64,000 nt of DNA from Octopus vulgaris (lineage: Eukaryota): assembly GCA_951406725.2 (NCBI GenBank), contig OX597823.1, positions 21,576,001-21,640,000 on the forward strand, written 5' to 3'. The translations under genes were made by a program, and so were the position numbers. Below the pieces are notes generated by a model, which did not search any database, was not told where the DNA came from, and saw only the letters and a program-made list of their open reading frames with translations. Within the stretch, counting starts at the first letter, position 1. The number at the start of each line of letters is the position of its first letter. This document shows positions 28,114-43,356 of the stretch, piece by piece.

Positions 28114-28650
28114 TCTATTATATAAAATCCGTTCTGTCTGTCTGAGTGTGTCTTCTAGGATCTCGGGCATCCTCCATCCGATTGCGTTCAAATTTGATAT
28201 GTAGATACCGACGGTATCAGGGCGTGGATAAGTCTTGAAAAAAATTATAAAAATCGATTCCAGGTGAGAATGCGATCGATAAAGCCGTGGGAACGTGCAT
28301 TTGTATGCGCAAGTACATCAGCTGTGGCGATCGATAATACACGTACGCGAGAAAAATGCACGTGCAGTTTGCGCAAAAAAGCATGCTGGCTTGAAATAAT
28401 GCCACAAAATGCAGTATATTTAAGAGACCAAAAAAGTAAGATGCAAAGGATATATTTTCTTCAAACTTGGCATGAAGGAAGGAAAAACTATTTGGTTTCT
28501 CAAGAAGTTTTTTTTGCCTTAACTTCGTTTAACAAAACCAAAAATTTTATTGAAATAAAGGCATTTTTAATTATTTTTTAATGAAAAGAAAACACTGATT
28601 GCTTTTTATTCAGCAGATATGATTCAGTACCGTCCATTGGACGGGGAGGT
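28114..28650 (+). mobile_element. Helitron-like element, 5' part
   Basis: A|TCtattatataaaa start then ctgtctgtctg; no CTRR end found. Confidence 0.45.
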
Positions 28651-28869
28651 GGCGTTTTGCTCATACATATATATACATATATGCGCCTATACGTGTAAGT
28701 AAGCATACATAAAACAAAACGCTCGTATCTGGCATCTACTGTCTGACATGTCCATATTCATGCATGCAAGTATAACTATACTGTTGGTGTTGAAATTCGA
28801 ATGAAAGAGACTTTGATCTAGATTAGATCCAGTAGCAAGAAATCTAAAAATAAAATCAAATAACATACA

Positions 28870-28903
<34 letters not shown>

Positions 28904-28939
28904 CATACATACATACATACATACATACATACATGCGTA

Positions 28940-29672
28940 TTAGACCTAACGTAGGAATATGGGATAGAAAAGAGAAACTGTAATGGAAATCAGCTGCCCA
29001 GTCGATGTTTTTATATAAAGCGAAAAAGAGAATACCTACGCTGAACTATTGAGGAATCTACAGCGATTCTATCCAAATTACAAGTTCAGCTTTATATTTG
29101 TAATTATTAGGGCACTGGGATAAGTAACACACTGTCTAAATAGCAATCTTTAGATATTAGGCTTTTCAAAACCAGAAAGGAAAAAGCTGATTCAAGCCAT
29201 CGCTGGAACTGTAAAACACAGTAAAACTTTACAGAAGTTTATCATTTAAGTACATACGAGAATGTCTAGACATACAACTATGTACATGAGACTATATACA
29301 TAAAACAAAACATACAGTCTGTTCGCAGACATACATACGCACATACATACATACACACATACATACATACATACATACGTACATACGTACATACATACAT
29401 ACATACATACATACATACATACATACGTACATACGTACATACATACATACATACATACATACATACATACATACGTACATACGTACATACATACATACAT
29501 ACATACATACATACATACGTACGTACGTACGTACATACATACATACATACATACATACATACATACATACATACATAAAAACCCTGTTAATGTTGTTGAA
29601 ATTCCAATGAAGATTTGGATACTGGCTCTTTCTCTATTGGCAAGAAATGTTGAAATAAAACTGAATAATGTC
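28940..29672 (+). mobile_element. Decayed RLE-type LINE 3' end in (CATA)n
   Basis: Remnants of IWDRKEKL, EISCP, EKENTYAELLRNL, IIRALG; same family as 52093-52800. Confidence 0.7.
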
Positions 29673-30333
29673 ATACATACATACAAAACGGTTACATATT
29701 GTTGCAGTTGCAAGGTCATTACTCGAGATGTTGGAACAGCAGAAAACTTTACTAAAAGGACAATGGCGTCCCTGCGCAATATAAGAAGCAAGGAGTTTAA
29801 CAGCTGTCATTTTCTTCCTGCTCACAGCACATTGACAATAATCCGAACAGAAAATATTCCTACAGCATTTTGCCAAATTAATCAAAAATATTTCTTCAAG
29901 AATCATAGGATTGCGACTATTTTGACCTGGGCAATCTCATGATCTGAACTCAGCAGAAAATATATGTCACATCATTCATTCAAAACTGAAATAAAGAACT
30001 TCTTTTTTTTTTTTTCAAAAGCAACGAATTCTTTAATTCTGACAGTTTAGGAAGAATGGTACTAATTAGAGCTCATATTATTGCAAAACTTTACTGGCAC
30101 TGTGATCAAAAATAATATAAGCATTACAAAAAGAGTGAAGCGAAGTAAGTTTGCCAGACTTATCGATTATTACATTTTTCGGACATTGATAAACATAAAT
30201 TCTATTTATAAAAATATATTCTCAATATGATAAAATGATTTCATTTCAATTCGAGATGAAATGATAATAATTTTGAAAAAAATCAGTCAAGAATTTGGCA
30301 GGTATACTATGTATATTGATTGGCTCTTATTCA

Positions 30334-30371
<38 letters not shown>

Positions 30372-30402
30372 CATATTTACCTCTCTCTCCCTCTCTCTTT
30401 CT

Positions 30403-30469
<67 letters not shown>

Positions 30470-30490
30470 TGTATGTGTGTGTGTGTAGAA

Positions 30491-30526
<36 letters not shown>

Positions 30527-30877
30527 ATACCGGAGTAAACACATAAATGTGAAACAAGGTGGAAACAAGAGTACTCAAATACCAGGGGTAGAGTAATATG
30601 CTTTATTTAAAAGTATATATTTATATATATACAAGATAAGAAAATGGAGAAATACATCTAAATCAAATATCAATTACCAGATAATACTCAATCACATACT
30701 TTATTAAACCACCACATAAGAGACTGTAGGGTTAAACATAAAAAAGCAGAACAAATCAGTGTACATAAAGGAATGTACATAAAAAAGTGTACATAAAAGA
30801 GTAATGTTGTATAATAAGTAGAATATATATAAAAAAGAGAATATAAATATAAGTAAATATAAATATAAGTATAGATT

Positions 30878-31008
30878 ACATCTTACAGCTGTTTCGGCCA
30901 TGTAGATAAGTATGTCTCATTTTACCAATATTAGCCTTTTATGGTAGGTCAATATATAGATATAAATGAGACATTTACAAAAATATCATAAGGCCTCTTC
31001 GGAGATAT
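30878..31008 (-). ncRNA. Hammerhead ribozyme with ~90-nt helix II insert
   Basis: AUAUCU-CCGAAGA-GGCC...GGCC-GAAA-CAGCUG-UA-AGAUGU; palindromic ACAGCUGU; insert has AUGUCUCAUUU/AAAUGAGACAU stem. Confidence 0.7.
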
Positions 31009-31901
31009 ACATATACATATGAGTGCATATACTCACACTCCTATACATATAAAAATATACATATACATAATGATGTAAATAAATAATATAAATTAGTAAA
31101 CATATATATGTTCCACATTCAATGTTTCAGCTTTTCAACTTAATATTGTGATAATAAGCATACACATATTAGTACCTAGATGCAAATATACATAGTCAAT
31201 AGTACATTATATTACTTCCTACTAATTTCCAAAGTGACATTAAAGTTAGCATCATTATCGTTGTCAATACCATTAATGCTACCACATTCATAATATTATT
31301 AATAACGCTTACATTAGGATCCAAAGTGGCACATATGTATGTCCGGGTTCTAGTTAGTAATTTTCCTTATGACATAAATACACTATTGGATTTGAATTTA
31401 AATTATCATTGTCTTACTCACGGTTGGTTCGCTGAGAGCCGCCCGACCCCCACCACACCGCACAGGAAAAAAATACACATCCACATCCAACCCTAAGCCC
31501 ACATGTCCACATAAAAACCTACACACACATGAATACACCCCGACACATCCCTACACATTCACTAGATTGCAGAGTGTATGTCTGTCATCGCATGGCTTAT
31601 AGACAAATCAGTACAGGCAGCAGTGTCTATACACTAACACACACACTCACACGCACATCTGCATATACTCAAATATTAATACACTCTCATATACTGTATC
31701 AGGGAACATTCGCACACACATATATACATATTTAAATATATATCTGCGCACTCATACGTACAATACGTATAATACAGTAAATGAATTGATTGCATCGCAA
31801 TCTTTAACATTTATGTATTAACTTTGTTGGGTACTTCACTAGCAGTATATTGGATATATGTTATCCCATGGAGGGTTGCATTTACAACCCCTATCTCAAT
31901 T

Positions 31902-31981
<80 letters not shown>

Positions 31982-32236
31982 ATATAGGATACATATTCAT
32001 GTATGTATATATGTAACAAATATTAAGTGTAGATATTTATACAATTATATACACACGCACGCGCACACACATATACATATATGAATATATATATATATAT
32101 ATAAGAATATACATATATATATATACATATACACACATATATACATGTATATATACATATATATATATTTGTATATATATGTGTGTAAATGTTTAAGTAT
32201 GTAAGTGTGTATGTATGCGTGCATGCGCGCGCACAA

Positions 32237-32530
<294 letters not shown>

Positions 32531-32808
32531 AATAAGGTTGAAACATTTCAGGATTACAATTTACAATACTTCACTCGTCGAATTTTCGGAATTATAATGT
32601 AAAAGTATTGAAAAATATAGTATATATTATGAATCGTTATTGATAGCTATATCTAAAAGGGGTGTATACAGAATATTAGAATAATAAAAAGTGAAGCACG
32701 ATGTGTTCAGATATTCTACAATTGACCGGAGTGAAAGCAGTTGTGCTGAAAACATAATCAAAACCGTCAGGTAATATATATACACATAAAACATATACAA
32801 GCGTAATA

Positions 32809-32865
<57 letters not shown>

Positions 32866-32926
32866 CATTATTATTATATTATTATTATTAGTATTATTAT
32901 TATTATCATTATCATTATTATAATTA

Positions 32927-32975
<49 letters not shown>

Positions 32976-35700
32976 GATGTGAGCTGGTAGAATCATTACC
33001 ACGCAGGGCAGAATAATTAACGTCATTTCATCCGTGTTTACGTTTTCAGTTCAAATTCGGCCGAGGTCGATTTTGCCTTTTTACCTCTCGAGATCAATGA
33101 AATAAATACCAGTGGAACACTGGGGTCGATGTAATCGACTATCACTCTCCCCAAAAATTGCCGGCCTTGTGCCAAAATTTGGGACTAATATTATTATTAC
33201 TGTTCTGATAGACACTAGTAAGAGATTACATTCTATGTGTAAGATGCTTGTTAAAACATTCTTTAACTTCTTTTTTTGTGTATGATAGTTATGATTACTT
33301 CGTTTTTGTATCAGGTTTGCAAGATTCTTTATGTGAATTCGTGTGTTGAAACAAATTTTGTTGTGTCTAGGGAGAATCATACTGCCTTAATACCTAACAC
33401 ATTCCCTGATTCAATTTCCACTCATTTATTATTTTTATATATTTTCTCCGGAAGGCGGCGAGCTGCCAGAATCGTTAACACGCCAGACAAATTGCTTAGC
33501 GGCTCGATAAAATAAGTACCAGTTGGACACTGGGATAAATGCAATCGACTCATCCCCTCCACAAAAATTGCTGCCCTTGTGACAAAATTTGAAATGATTA
33601 TTTTTTTTTTTTTTTTTCCAAAATTTTCGCTGCTTTTGCAACCTTGTCAGTAACAATGAATGTTGACACTGCCTCTTTTATGTACTAAAAGATTTCAAAC
33701 AGAATTTTTTTTATAAAAGTCGCTTTCTATCTCCTACAGAGAACGTTGTACAATAAGAAGCCTCTGTATATCTGAAGTGGGTCATGATATATAATACGAC
33801 CCGCTTCAGATATATAAGTGCTTCTTCGATACAGAGTGCACAAACTTGCAAATATATTCAACCAAATAGATGTCTGCTTGAGTGAAAAACACCCAGTCGT
33901 AAAAACGAACGCAGTTTCTAAAACAAGCGCCGGTTTAACTTCAAGTTCATTCAAATTACGTTACAATCAACATATTTACACCTTTCACAGTCAACATTTA
34001 TTTAGAATCTTAATGCAATATCTGAATCTAAGAAATCAAATGGAAACTGATCAGTTTTTAACCAAACGTTATAACCATTCCAACAGACAGACCTTGCCTA
34101 TTTCGCATTTCTGATTTGTTGTGAAATGATATTATCCCGCATTTCTGATTTGTTGTGAAATGATATTATAAGTCGGTGAGCTAGCAGATACGTTAGCACG
34201 TCGGGCGAAATGCCGTTACGTTCTGAGTTCAAATTCCGCCGAGGTCGACTTTGCCTTTCATCCTTTCGGGGTCGATAAATTAAGTACCAGTTACACACTG
34301 GGGTCGATGTAATCGACTTAATACCTATGTCTGTCCTTGTTTGTCCTCTCTATGTTTAGCCCCTAGTGGGTAATAAAGAAATAGATATTATCCCGTGTAT
34401 GTGTCGTATTCAAACTGCTAGTCAGTGAGAATAATAAACTATTTAGAAGCTCGTGTGTTTTAAACCATTTGTCATTCTCCAAATAGAGGAAAATAGTCAT
34501 AAAACGTGTTTTCCTCCTTTCCAAGAAACGTGTTTCTAAATTAAAATATTTTCCTTGGGAGACCCTTGTAATTAAATGTAAAGTATACAATATCCAGTTA
34601 ATTTTCTTTCAACTGCACCGTTTTGTGAATAATTAAATCTCTTGATATCTCTAAGTATCTCTCTCTCCCTGCTCCCCCTCTCTCTCCCTGCTCCCCTCCT
34701 TCTCTCCCTGCTCCCCCACTCTCTCTTAATATCTTCTTTTCTCTCACTTTCTTTCCTTCATAAAATGCTTTAAAATACGACATAACTGAATCAAGTTTTA
34801 ATATTTTAATTTTTATTTTAATTTCAGCAGCTATTCACTTCATATTTATATAAACATCTTTGTTTCAGAAATTTCATTCCCTTCATCAGTGTGTTGAGTT
34901 TCAGAGATTTATACAGGAATTTCAAAGTTTTAAAATACTTGTAAAAACTTGTGCATTATTTTTTTTATTCGATAGAAAGTTAAGTTTTCTCAGAGATTTC
35001 TCTGATAAATTTCTATGTCTAATTTAAAATTAATCAAGAGCTAAGTTTTAAGTACTGCTACTTAATCTACTTTTAAAGTTAAATTTCTAAAGCACTTCAC
35101 TCTGAAGAATGAAACTGTAATTCCGAAACAGAGTTCACAAGAACAGGACGTAAAAGCAATACAAATGAAGAAAAAAATAGTTCACATAAAGAATAAAAAC
35201 AGGACAGGGAAACCAACAATAAGGGCTTTTTTTTAAAACCTAGATGGTGGAAAAATTCGTTAGAACGCATTCTGAAGATCGGCTTGCTGAAGACATTTTA
35301 CGTCCTGTTCTTGTCACTTTTTTTTACCCCTCTGCAAAAGAAATTTATTTAATTCATTTTGCAGGAAGGATTGCTTCGGCCGGATCGTGTTCTGCCCTTA
35401 CCTTCGAAACACGCATTGAGTCGAAACAGGGGCAGCTGATGAAGGGGAATATTCCTTATATTGTTTGTCTTGTACTCTGTTTTTTTTCGTTGTTAAAAAA
35501 AAAGTCCGTTTCCTTGTTTGATTGTATGTTTTCGTTTCTCGTTGTGTTCTACGTTTATTTGTGGTGTCCTGTACTCATATATGCATGTATATATACATAT
35601 AGATGTAGGTATGTACATATATGTATGTATGCATATGTTTTATTTATTAAATTGTTATTATATGATTGAACTCCACGCGTCGTTTTCTTATTCTCCAAGT

Positions 35701-35803
<103 letters not shown>

Positions 35804-35821
35804 GTATATATATATATATAA

Positions 35822-36042
35822 AGTTAATCTAAACATGAAAACACAAAGAGAAAACACAACAACGCGAGGACGTGGAACAAATATAGTATTATTGGACGCT
35901 CAGGAAGGAAGGAAAGAAGGAGGGTTTTACGTTTCGAGGGGAGCTCTTCCTCAGAAACATAGGAAAAGGAAAGATCCAGGGAAGATCCATGGAAGACGGA
36001 GGAAAAAAATCGCCAACGGTACACACGTGGTCACATTTTGAA
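35822..36042 (-). mobile_element. Short non-autonomous HHR-bearing element (PLE terminal-repeat/retrozyme-like)
   Basis: Homologous to 57005-57205; abuts (TA)n; carries HHR. Confidence 0.65.
35924..35958 (-). ncRNA. Minimal hammerhead ribozyme
   Basis: GUUU-CUGAGGA-A-GAG(cuccc)CUC-GAAA-CG-UA-AAAC. Confidence 0.7.
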
Positions 36043-36686
36043 TATATATGTCTGTGCGTGTGTGTGTGTAGAGAGAGAGACAGACAGACAGAGACACGGT
36101 AAGAGAAACACAGAGACACAGTGAGAGAGATAGAGAAAGAGAGGTGAAGAGAGTAAGACAGAGATATAGATACATATACATTCAAACATACAGATATACA
36201 TACATGTAGCACTACCACAAATACGCACACAGAAACCAATGCACACACACACACATGCATACACACACACATACATACACACACACACACACACATACAA
36301 ACACACATGCCATTAGTATTTTCTGAGAATTGAACGCTATAATACATCAAACTGACATTCCTCGTAATTATAACTGAAAATTTTATAATGTATTTCTGAA
36401 GCAATCAACTGATTTCCGCCATATTATTGAATATACAATACCGTATGTTTGGCAATTTATACAGACTTTCCTTCAGAATGACAGTTAATGACACCTGGTG
36501 GCTTTGATGCCGTTACTGGTTTGAACGATGATGATTATGGCTATGTTATTTATGCTGATGACAATTATGCTATGAGGATATTTGTAGAATAAATATAATA
36601 ATACATTTGTTATGTTTTGGGTTGAATAGACAGACATAGAGTGCGTAAGTAGTCAGTCGAATGATTCGGAGTGATCTCTAAATATA

Positions 36687-37084
36687 TCTTTATATATAAA
36701 AGTGAAGTTGTGTGAGTGTCTGTCTACTCCGATTTAGATTCCTAACTACTCCCGCATTTTGCGGTGCAGTTTAACCAAAACCGGGTATCTTATAGTCGTG
36801 ATTCATATCGAGCCATTCTGGGTATTAGCGCGCGTCTACGATGAGTCTACGATTTTTAAAATAATTTACCATCATTTTTTTCCATTTTAATGCATATTTT
36901 TTAAAATATAAGGGAAGTAACTCTCTAAAAATGTCTACGATGAGTCAACTATTTTTTTTAAAAATTTACCATAATTTGTTTTCCATTTTTAATGCATTTT
37001 TTGCTATTTTTGGCTATAACTCTCTAAAAATGCTTTATAGTTATTTCCCTTACAAACCCGAGCAACGCCGGGCGATACTGCTAG
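36687..37084 (+). mobile_element. Non-autonomous Helitron
   Basis: A|TC 5' end, 3' hairpin cccgagcaacgccggg, CTAG|T end; homologous to 44010-44406. Confidence 0.85.
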
Positions 37085-37686
37085 TTACGTATATAATGCG
37101 TTCGTCTGGTATACGGCAAACTCTGTCATATAGTGGTTATGTGGTACAATGCTGCAGTATGAGAAAATTGTATTTTTGCTTCACTATTCAAAATGTTTCT
37201 GTACTTCTAATTGGCGATTATACTCTAGATGAAGGGTGGGGGAAAACCGCCCGCGGGCGCAATTGCACCTACGAGCCCGTTTTTATTGTACCCACAAACT
37301 GATATACTCATATGTACAAAATATAGTAAATTTTTCAATCAAAATTTATACAATATTCGTATACCTATTTGTGAAATAGGTCGCGTTTCCACTACGACTT
37401 AAAATGGTCAGAAATCGCCCGGTAATTGCCATTTGAATCGAAATTTCGTTTACACTATAAAACACATATTGCTACGTTTGTACTACACCCTTGAGACCCA
37501 ACAACACTTTAACGGAAAAATATAGAATACCTCATAAGTAATATAAACGTCCTAAATTGAGTGGCGGCGTTAATGAAGATGTTAAACGTTAATTTAATGT
37601 GTTAAACTTATCTTTATTAACATATTTTATCTAGTTTCAGCATACGAGCTGTGGCCATGCTGGGGCACCGCCATTAGGATAGAAAG

Positions 37687-37803
37687 ACGTTTACAGCACC
37701 TAGGTTTCCCAAGCGATCACCCATCTAAGTACTAACTAGGCTCGACTTTGCTTAACTTCAGTGATCGGAGGAGAACCGGTGTTTTCAAAGTGATATGGCC
37801 GAC
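37687..37803 (-). rRNA. 5S rRNA-like copy (probable pseudogene)
   Basis: cggccatatcactttgaaaacaccggttctc..cgatcactgaagttaagc..gttagtacttagatggg.gatcgcttgggaa..ggtgctgta matches the eukaryotic 5S layout with box A and box C; solitary. Confidence 0.85.
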
Positions 37804-38112
37804 CAAATTATACATAGATGTATGCAAGATTTACACCGATATAAGAGTTAGAACTTGTGATCCGTTCGCGGATATTTTTCTTGGTAAATTTTTGCCTGCC
37901 GCACAAAAAAGTTTCCCCATTCCTGCTCTAGATTCTGATATTCGCTGTTTGAGTGTATGTAGTGCAGTGTTGAAGCTTGAGCAAGTAGCCTCTTCGTTGT
38001 TTGATCCATTTCTGTATGCCTGCTGTTGTTTTGTTTCTTGACTTGCTCCTGTATGCCTGCTGTAGTCTTGATCAAAACTTTTTTTTTTTTAACATTGACC
38101 TTCCGTATGTTA

Positions 38113-39005
38113 TACGAGCGGCTGCTAAACAGTTCCTGGCTTTGTGTAAAAGAAAATGCAGGCGGATCAATTAATTATCATTTTATTCAACATATTTACC
38201 CTCTCAGATTCACACACTTATTGCAGCGATCCTTCAGTTTTCCTGTAAAAGAACTCGGAAGGTTGGGCCTTCATCCAGGCTTTTCGCTACACCCTTAACC
38301 CCTTGACGCCGGTATTACCCGAAGCATGCGAGAAACTGCTTCGGGGTTTTTTTATCTAATGAGGCCACACGAACACACAAGTGCCAGCGAGCTCGCGTCT
38401 GTTTACGTTCACCGTTACAATAACATAGCGTCGTACATTTACGTCTACCGGTTTATGAAAACGAACTATGTGAAGCTATTTATCATAGTATGATATGCAC
38501 GAGTTATTCTGCTCAAGTTCAAAAAATAGCTTGCGTGTGGTACAACCCAAAACACAGTATTATGCAAAGGGACACATCACAGTCTGGACAACGCAAATTC
38601 GCTGATGGAGGACAGAGGCGCGAACGCAGAACTTGTAATTGATTTGCAGACATTTTGAATTATGATGCGTTTTCGCTGGAGACCGTTACTTTTATACCTC
38701 CTGTACCAATGCTTATGCATGTAAAGTATCCGCATGTCATTAGTCTACTGCTAGTCTCATGGCTTGAACGTATCCTAAAATAGCTAAGATAATGCACGGG
38801 ACGGCGAGCGCGCACCTCAAGAGATAAAGTACACGATAGCGAACGTAAACATACGTCAGCCGCTAAAAAGTCCGTGATAGATGTAGGGCAGCTCTACATC
38901 GTATATTTACATTAACCGCGGGTAGGCAAGCAGAAGTGTGATCGCATATTTGCGTTAACCGTTGTCAAGTGGTTAAGGCCAGGAACTTTTCAGCACTCCC
39001 TCGTA
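38113..39005. mobile_element. Mariner-type MITE split by an insertion
   Basis: TIRs tacgagcggctgctaaacagttcctggc / gccaggaacttttcagcactccctcgta; TA flanks. Confidence 0.75.
38299..38972. mobile_element. Non-autonomous piggyBac-like element
   Basis: TTAA duplication at 38295-38298 and 38973-38976; TIRs ccccttgacgccggt / accgttgtcaagtgg. Confidence 0.75.
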
Positions 39006-39456
39006 TATTATGGCCATATCGTTGTTTTTGTTGTGGGGTAGTAGTTTGGCTTCACGTAAATCACTCGGGGTTAAACTTATAATCAGAAATAATCCGGTCA
39101 TAATCGTATTTAAAGTGTATCTAGGAAAACATTTAATATAATGTTTCCGTTTTTAAATCGTAGGCTTGAATTTGAGGAAATCCGGTAGCTACTTCTAGCA
39201 GGTCATGTTATCACGTTCAACGTAATATTGATTCTGAGCATCTGCATAATTTTAGGGCTATCGATTCAGCGGATGTTGTTGTTCCAGGTCAGCTCTGACT
39301 CAGAAACCTCATGATCAAAGCTTTTTAGCCATAACTGACAAATCCTATACTTTATTCAGGAACAGTTTATCCAGCTATACATCATCCAATGTGCTCTTGC
39401 TTTTGTAAAGCTGTAACACACGAGATGGTACGACAGGCACAGCTGCACATTCACGC

Positions 39457-39559
<103 letters not shown>

Positions 39560-40184
39560 CATACATACATATGTGTAAGTATATATGTTTGTGTGTGTGT
39601 CTTTATAATCGAGGGTAAAATCTATATAAGATTTTATCAAGTAGCCAGCATGCAATAAACCATATAGGTAAAACTTAATACAAAATATATAATTATATAA
39701 ATAAAATTATAGTAAGGGCACTAATGAGTAGCGCCACATGTTAGAAGTAGACACCAAATGGCCCTAAGGTCTACATTATTTACCACAATGGCATTGGCTG
39801 AAAGCGAGGGAAATGAGCATAAGTTTTTTTTTAATGGTTTAAACACACACATACATATATATATATGTTTCAGCTTCGTCTTTGAGTCGAACCAGGGACA
39901 GCTGATGAAGGGGAATTTTCCTTGTATTGTTTGTCCTGTACTCTGTTTTTTCGTTGTTTAAAAAAAGTCCGTTTCCTTGTTTGATTTTATGTTCTCGTCT
40001 CTCGTTGTGTTCTACGTTTATTTGTGGTGTCCTGTACTCATATATATATATATGTATGCATGTATATATACATGTAGATGTAAGTATGTATATATATATG
40101 TATGTATATATGCATATATTTTATTTATTTATTATATTACTATATGACCGAACGCACGCGTTATTTCTCTATTTCTCTTCTCCA

Positions 40185-40225
<41 letters not shown>

Positions 40226-40717
40226 TCACACACATAAGCCAATTTACTTTGCTCTATGTTGGAGAATCTCGTCACTTCTAGGTTTTTATGTTTTTATGCA
40301 AGTCTATTGTCACATAGCCCGTGCACATATGATAATGAGTACAATGATAGTTTATATCCTAGATATAAGAGCTGTAGGTTTCTCAATTTTCTATAAATTT
40401 CCGTTCTTTCAAACTTTTGACGAGACATTCATATGTAAAGATGTGTATGTCTACATATGTATGTCTGTAAATGTATAAAGGTATACAGTTTTATCTTTTA
40501 TATTTTACTTGCTTTGGTGATTAGACTATGGCCATGTTGGGGCACCGCTTTGAAGAATTTTTATCGACAAATCTGATTCCTTTCTTTTTACGGCTGGTAC
40601 TTATTATCGGTCTCTTTTACTGAGCTGCTAAGTTATGAAGACGTAAACAAATCATGAATAGTTGTCAAGCGGTAGGGGAAGCAAACATGTAAGGACACAA
40701 AACACCCACACACACAA

Positions 40718-40756
<39 letters not shown>

Positions 40757-40786
40757 CACGCACACACACACACACACACACACAAA

Positions 40787-42001
40787 CAGACATAACAGAA
40801 GTAAATAGGCAATCTGTGAATCGTTAAAATTTATTTTAATCTGAAATTATACATTCAACTTATTAATTATTATAATGTGAATATCTAATACTTAATAGAC
40901 ATACCCTTTGCATTTTTCAATGCATCGACCCTATTAGCCATGTTACTGATCAGACGACGAATATGCTTTTGATGAATTTCTTGTCAAATTTCACGCAGTT
41001 ATCTCAAAAGATCTAGCTTTGGGAATGCTTCTTTGTTCTTTTTACGAAGTGTCCTGCCCATTATTCCCCAGATGTGTTCAATAGGGTTCATATCTGGTAA
41101 CAGACTTGACCATGGAAGCTTTTTAATGCCATTCCCTTCCAACCAACCTTAGGTCTTTTTAGCCGAGTGTCAAGGAAACCCATCTTCTATAAATAAAGAG
41201 TTTTCTTTGATCATTTCACCACTGGAGAAGATTGGAAAGAGTCCTTTCTGCAATATGGACACATATTTATCTGAGTTAATGTTTCCCTCACACTCCACCT
41301 GCTCTGATCGTCCATTGCTCCAAATTGCTCCCCAGACCATCACAGAACAGCCGTCGTGTTTCATTGTTGGATGCAATCTTTTCATGTCAAATTCTTGACC
41401 ACAGAGTCTCCAGACCCACACTCAAACACTGTCAGAATATACTGCAAATCTGGACTCATCAGAGTGGTGGCCTCTTCACTATCTTATTGGCCCAATCTAT
41501 CTCCGCTTGATATTGACTGGTCGAAGATGTTGCTTCTTTCTTGCAGCTTTGCCACAGTAGCCAAGTCTGTAGAGATACCTGACAGCTGTTCTGGGACTGA
41601 CATGTTCTGCTATGTCAGAGGGCTTGCAACGAGTATTATCCTCCACACTTTTCTTAACAAAGCAAATGGTCTTGTCAGAGGGCCCTGGTCAACCTGGGCG
41701 AGATTATGTGGACTCCTCTTCCTCTCTTGTGAATTGCATCATCACTCTATTAACTGTAGAAAAGCGGGGTCCCAAGGTTTCCTGTGATTTTACGCTGGTT
41801 AAGTCCACTTTCAGATTGACCCATAATATGGCATCTTAGAAATTCGGATTGTTCCAAGGCTCCTTTTGTACGTGTTATGATTAAACAATCACATATAGAA
41901 CCTGAAAAGTGAAAATGTCAATTAGTAGGAAATATAGACCTTTTCAAGTTAAAATAAACGTAAAACGATGTTTCATGGGGTGTCTATTTACTTCTGTTAT
42001 G

Positions 42002-42005
<4 letters not shown>
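40787..42005 (-). mobile_element. Tc1-like DNA transposon, decayed transposase, both TIRs
   Basis: TIR cagacataacagaagtaaatag at both ends; PTMKHDGCSVMVWGAI, EDGFP*HSAK, PDMNPIEHIW. Confidence 0.9.
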
Positions 42006-42058
<53 letters not shown>

Positions 42059-42320
42059 AAAAGGAAAAAATACACACAGTTTACATAGTTTTAATATATT
42101 TTATAAGTGAAAGAGTATTGTGTTTCTCGACCGGCTTCGCTTTCGCTAATCATGACATTGAAATTATTGCAATTTCGTATTCTTTTAAGAAGATTTTAAT
42201 CTATGTTCTTGGAAGTAAGTTTTGTAAATGAATCAACAAGTAGAAAAATCTAAGGGGAGGTAATTGGTGATCGTTATTTTATGTATACACACACAGAGAC
42301 ACACACACACAAAACACACT

Positions 42321-42369
<49 letters not shown>

Positions 42370-42853
42370 ATATATATATATATGGACCAATCTTTTTCTA
42401 GAAACTACTACTATATTTAAGAAGATAATCTAGAGAACAAAAAATTCTCCATAACTCTCATGCCATTAAGTATATATTTATGCACACGCACACCCCCACA
42501 CACACAGAGACATACACACTCACACAGATGCACATGCAAATATACACATGCACACACAAATATAGACATGCACATACTCATATATACTATCTTGCAAGCA
42601 TACATAAATACGATTGATTCTGTACATCTTCCTTCTACTAAATTTCATTCACAAATTATTGGCCAACTTGATATTATAGTAAAATAGCCATTGTCAAAGT
42701 GCTGCGTATTGGAAACAAACCAGAAACTACACGTTTGAGAAAGAAAATCCTTAACTATATATTAATGCCAGTATCTGTAATAATCTTTATGTGTCTAAGA
42801 TTTTACTTATTACATTTAGCAGAAACAGAAACCAGAGGACAAGAGAAAGAGAC

Positions 42854-43356
<503 letters not shown>

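Noticed and set aside
37848-38075. 75-aa non-repetitive ORF upstream of the 5S copy
   Set aside because: No homology or splice evidence; length expected by chance
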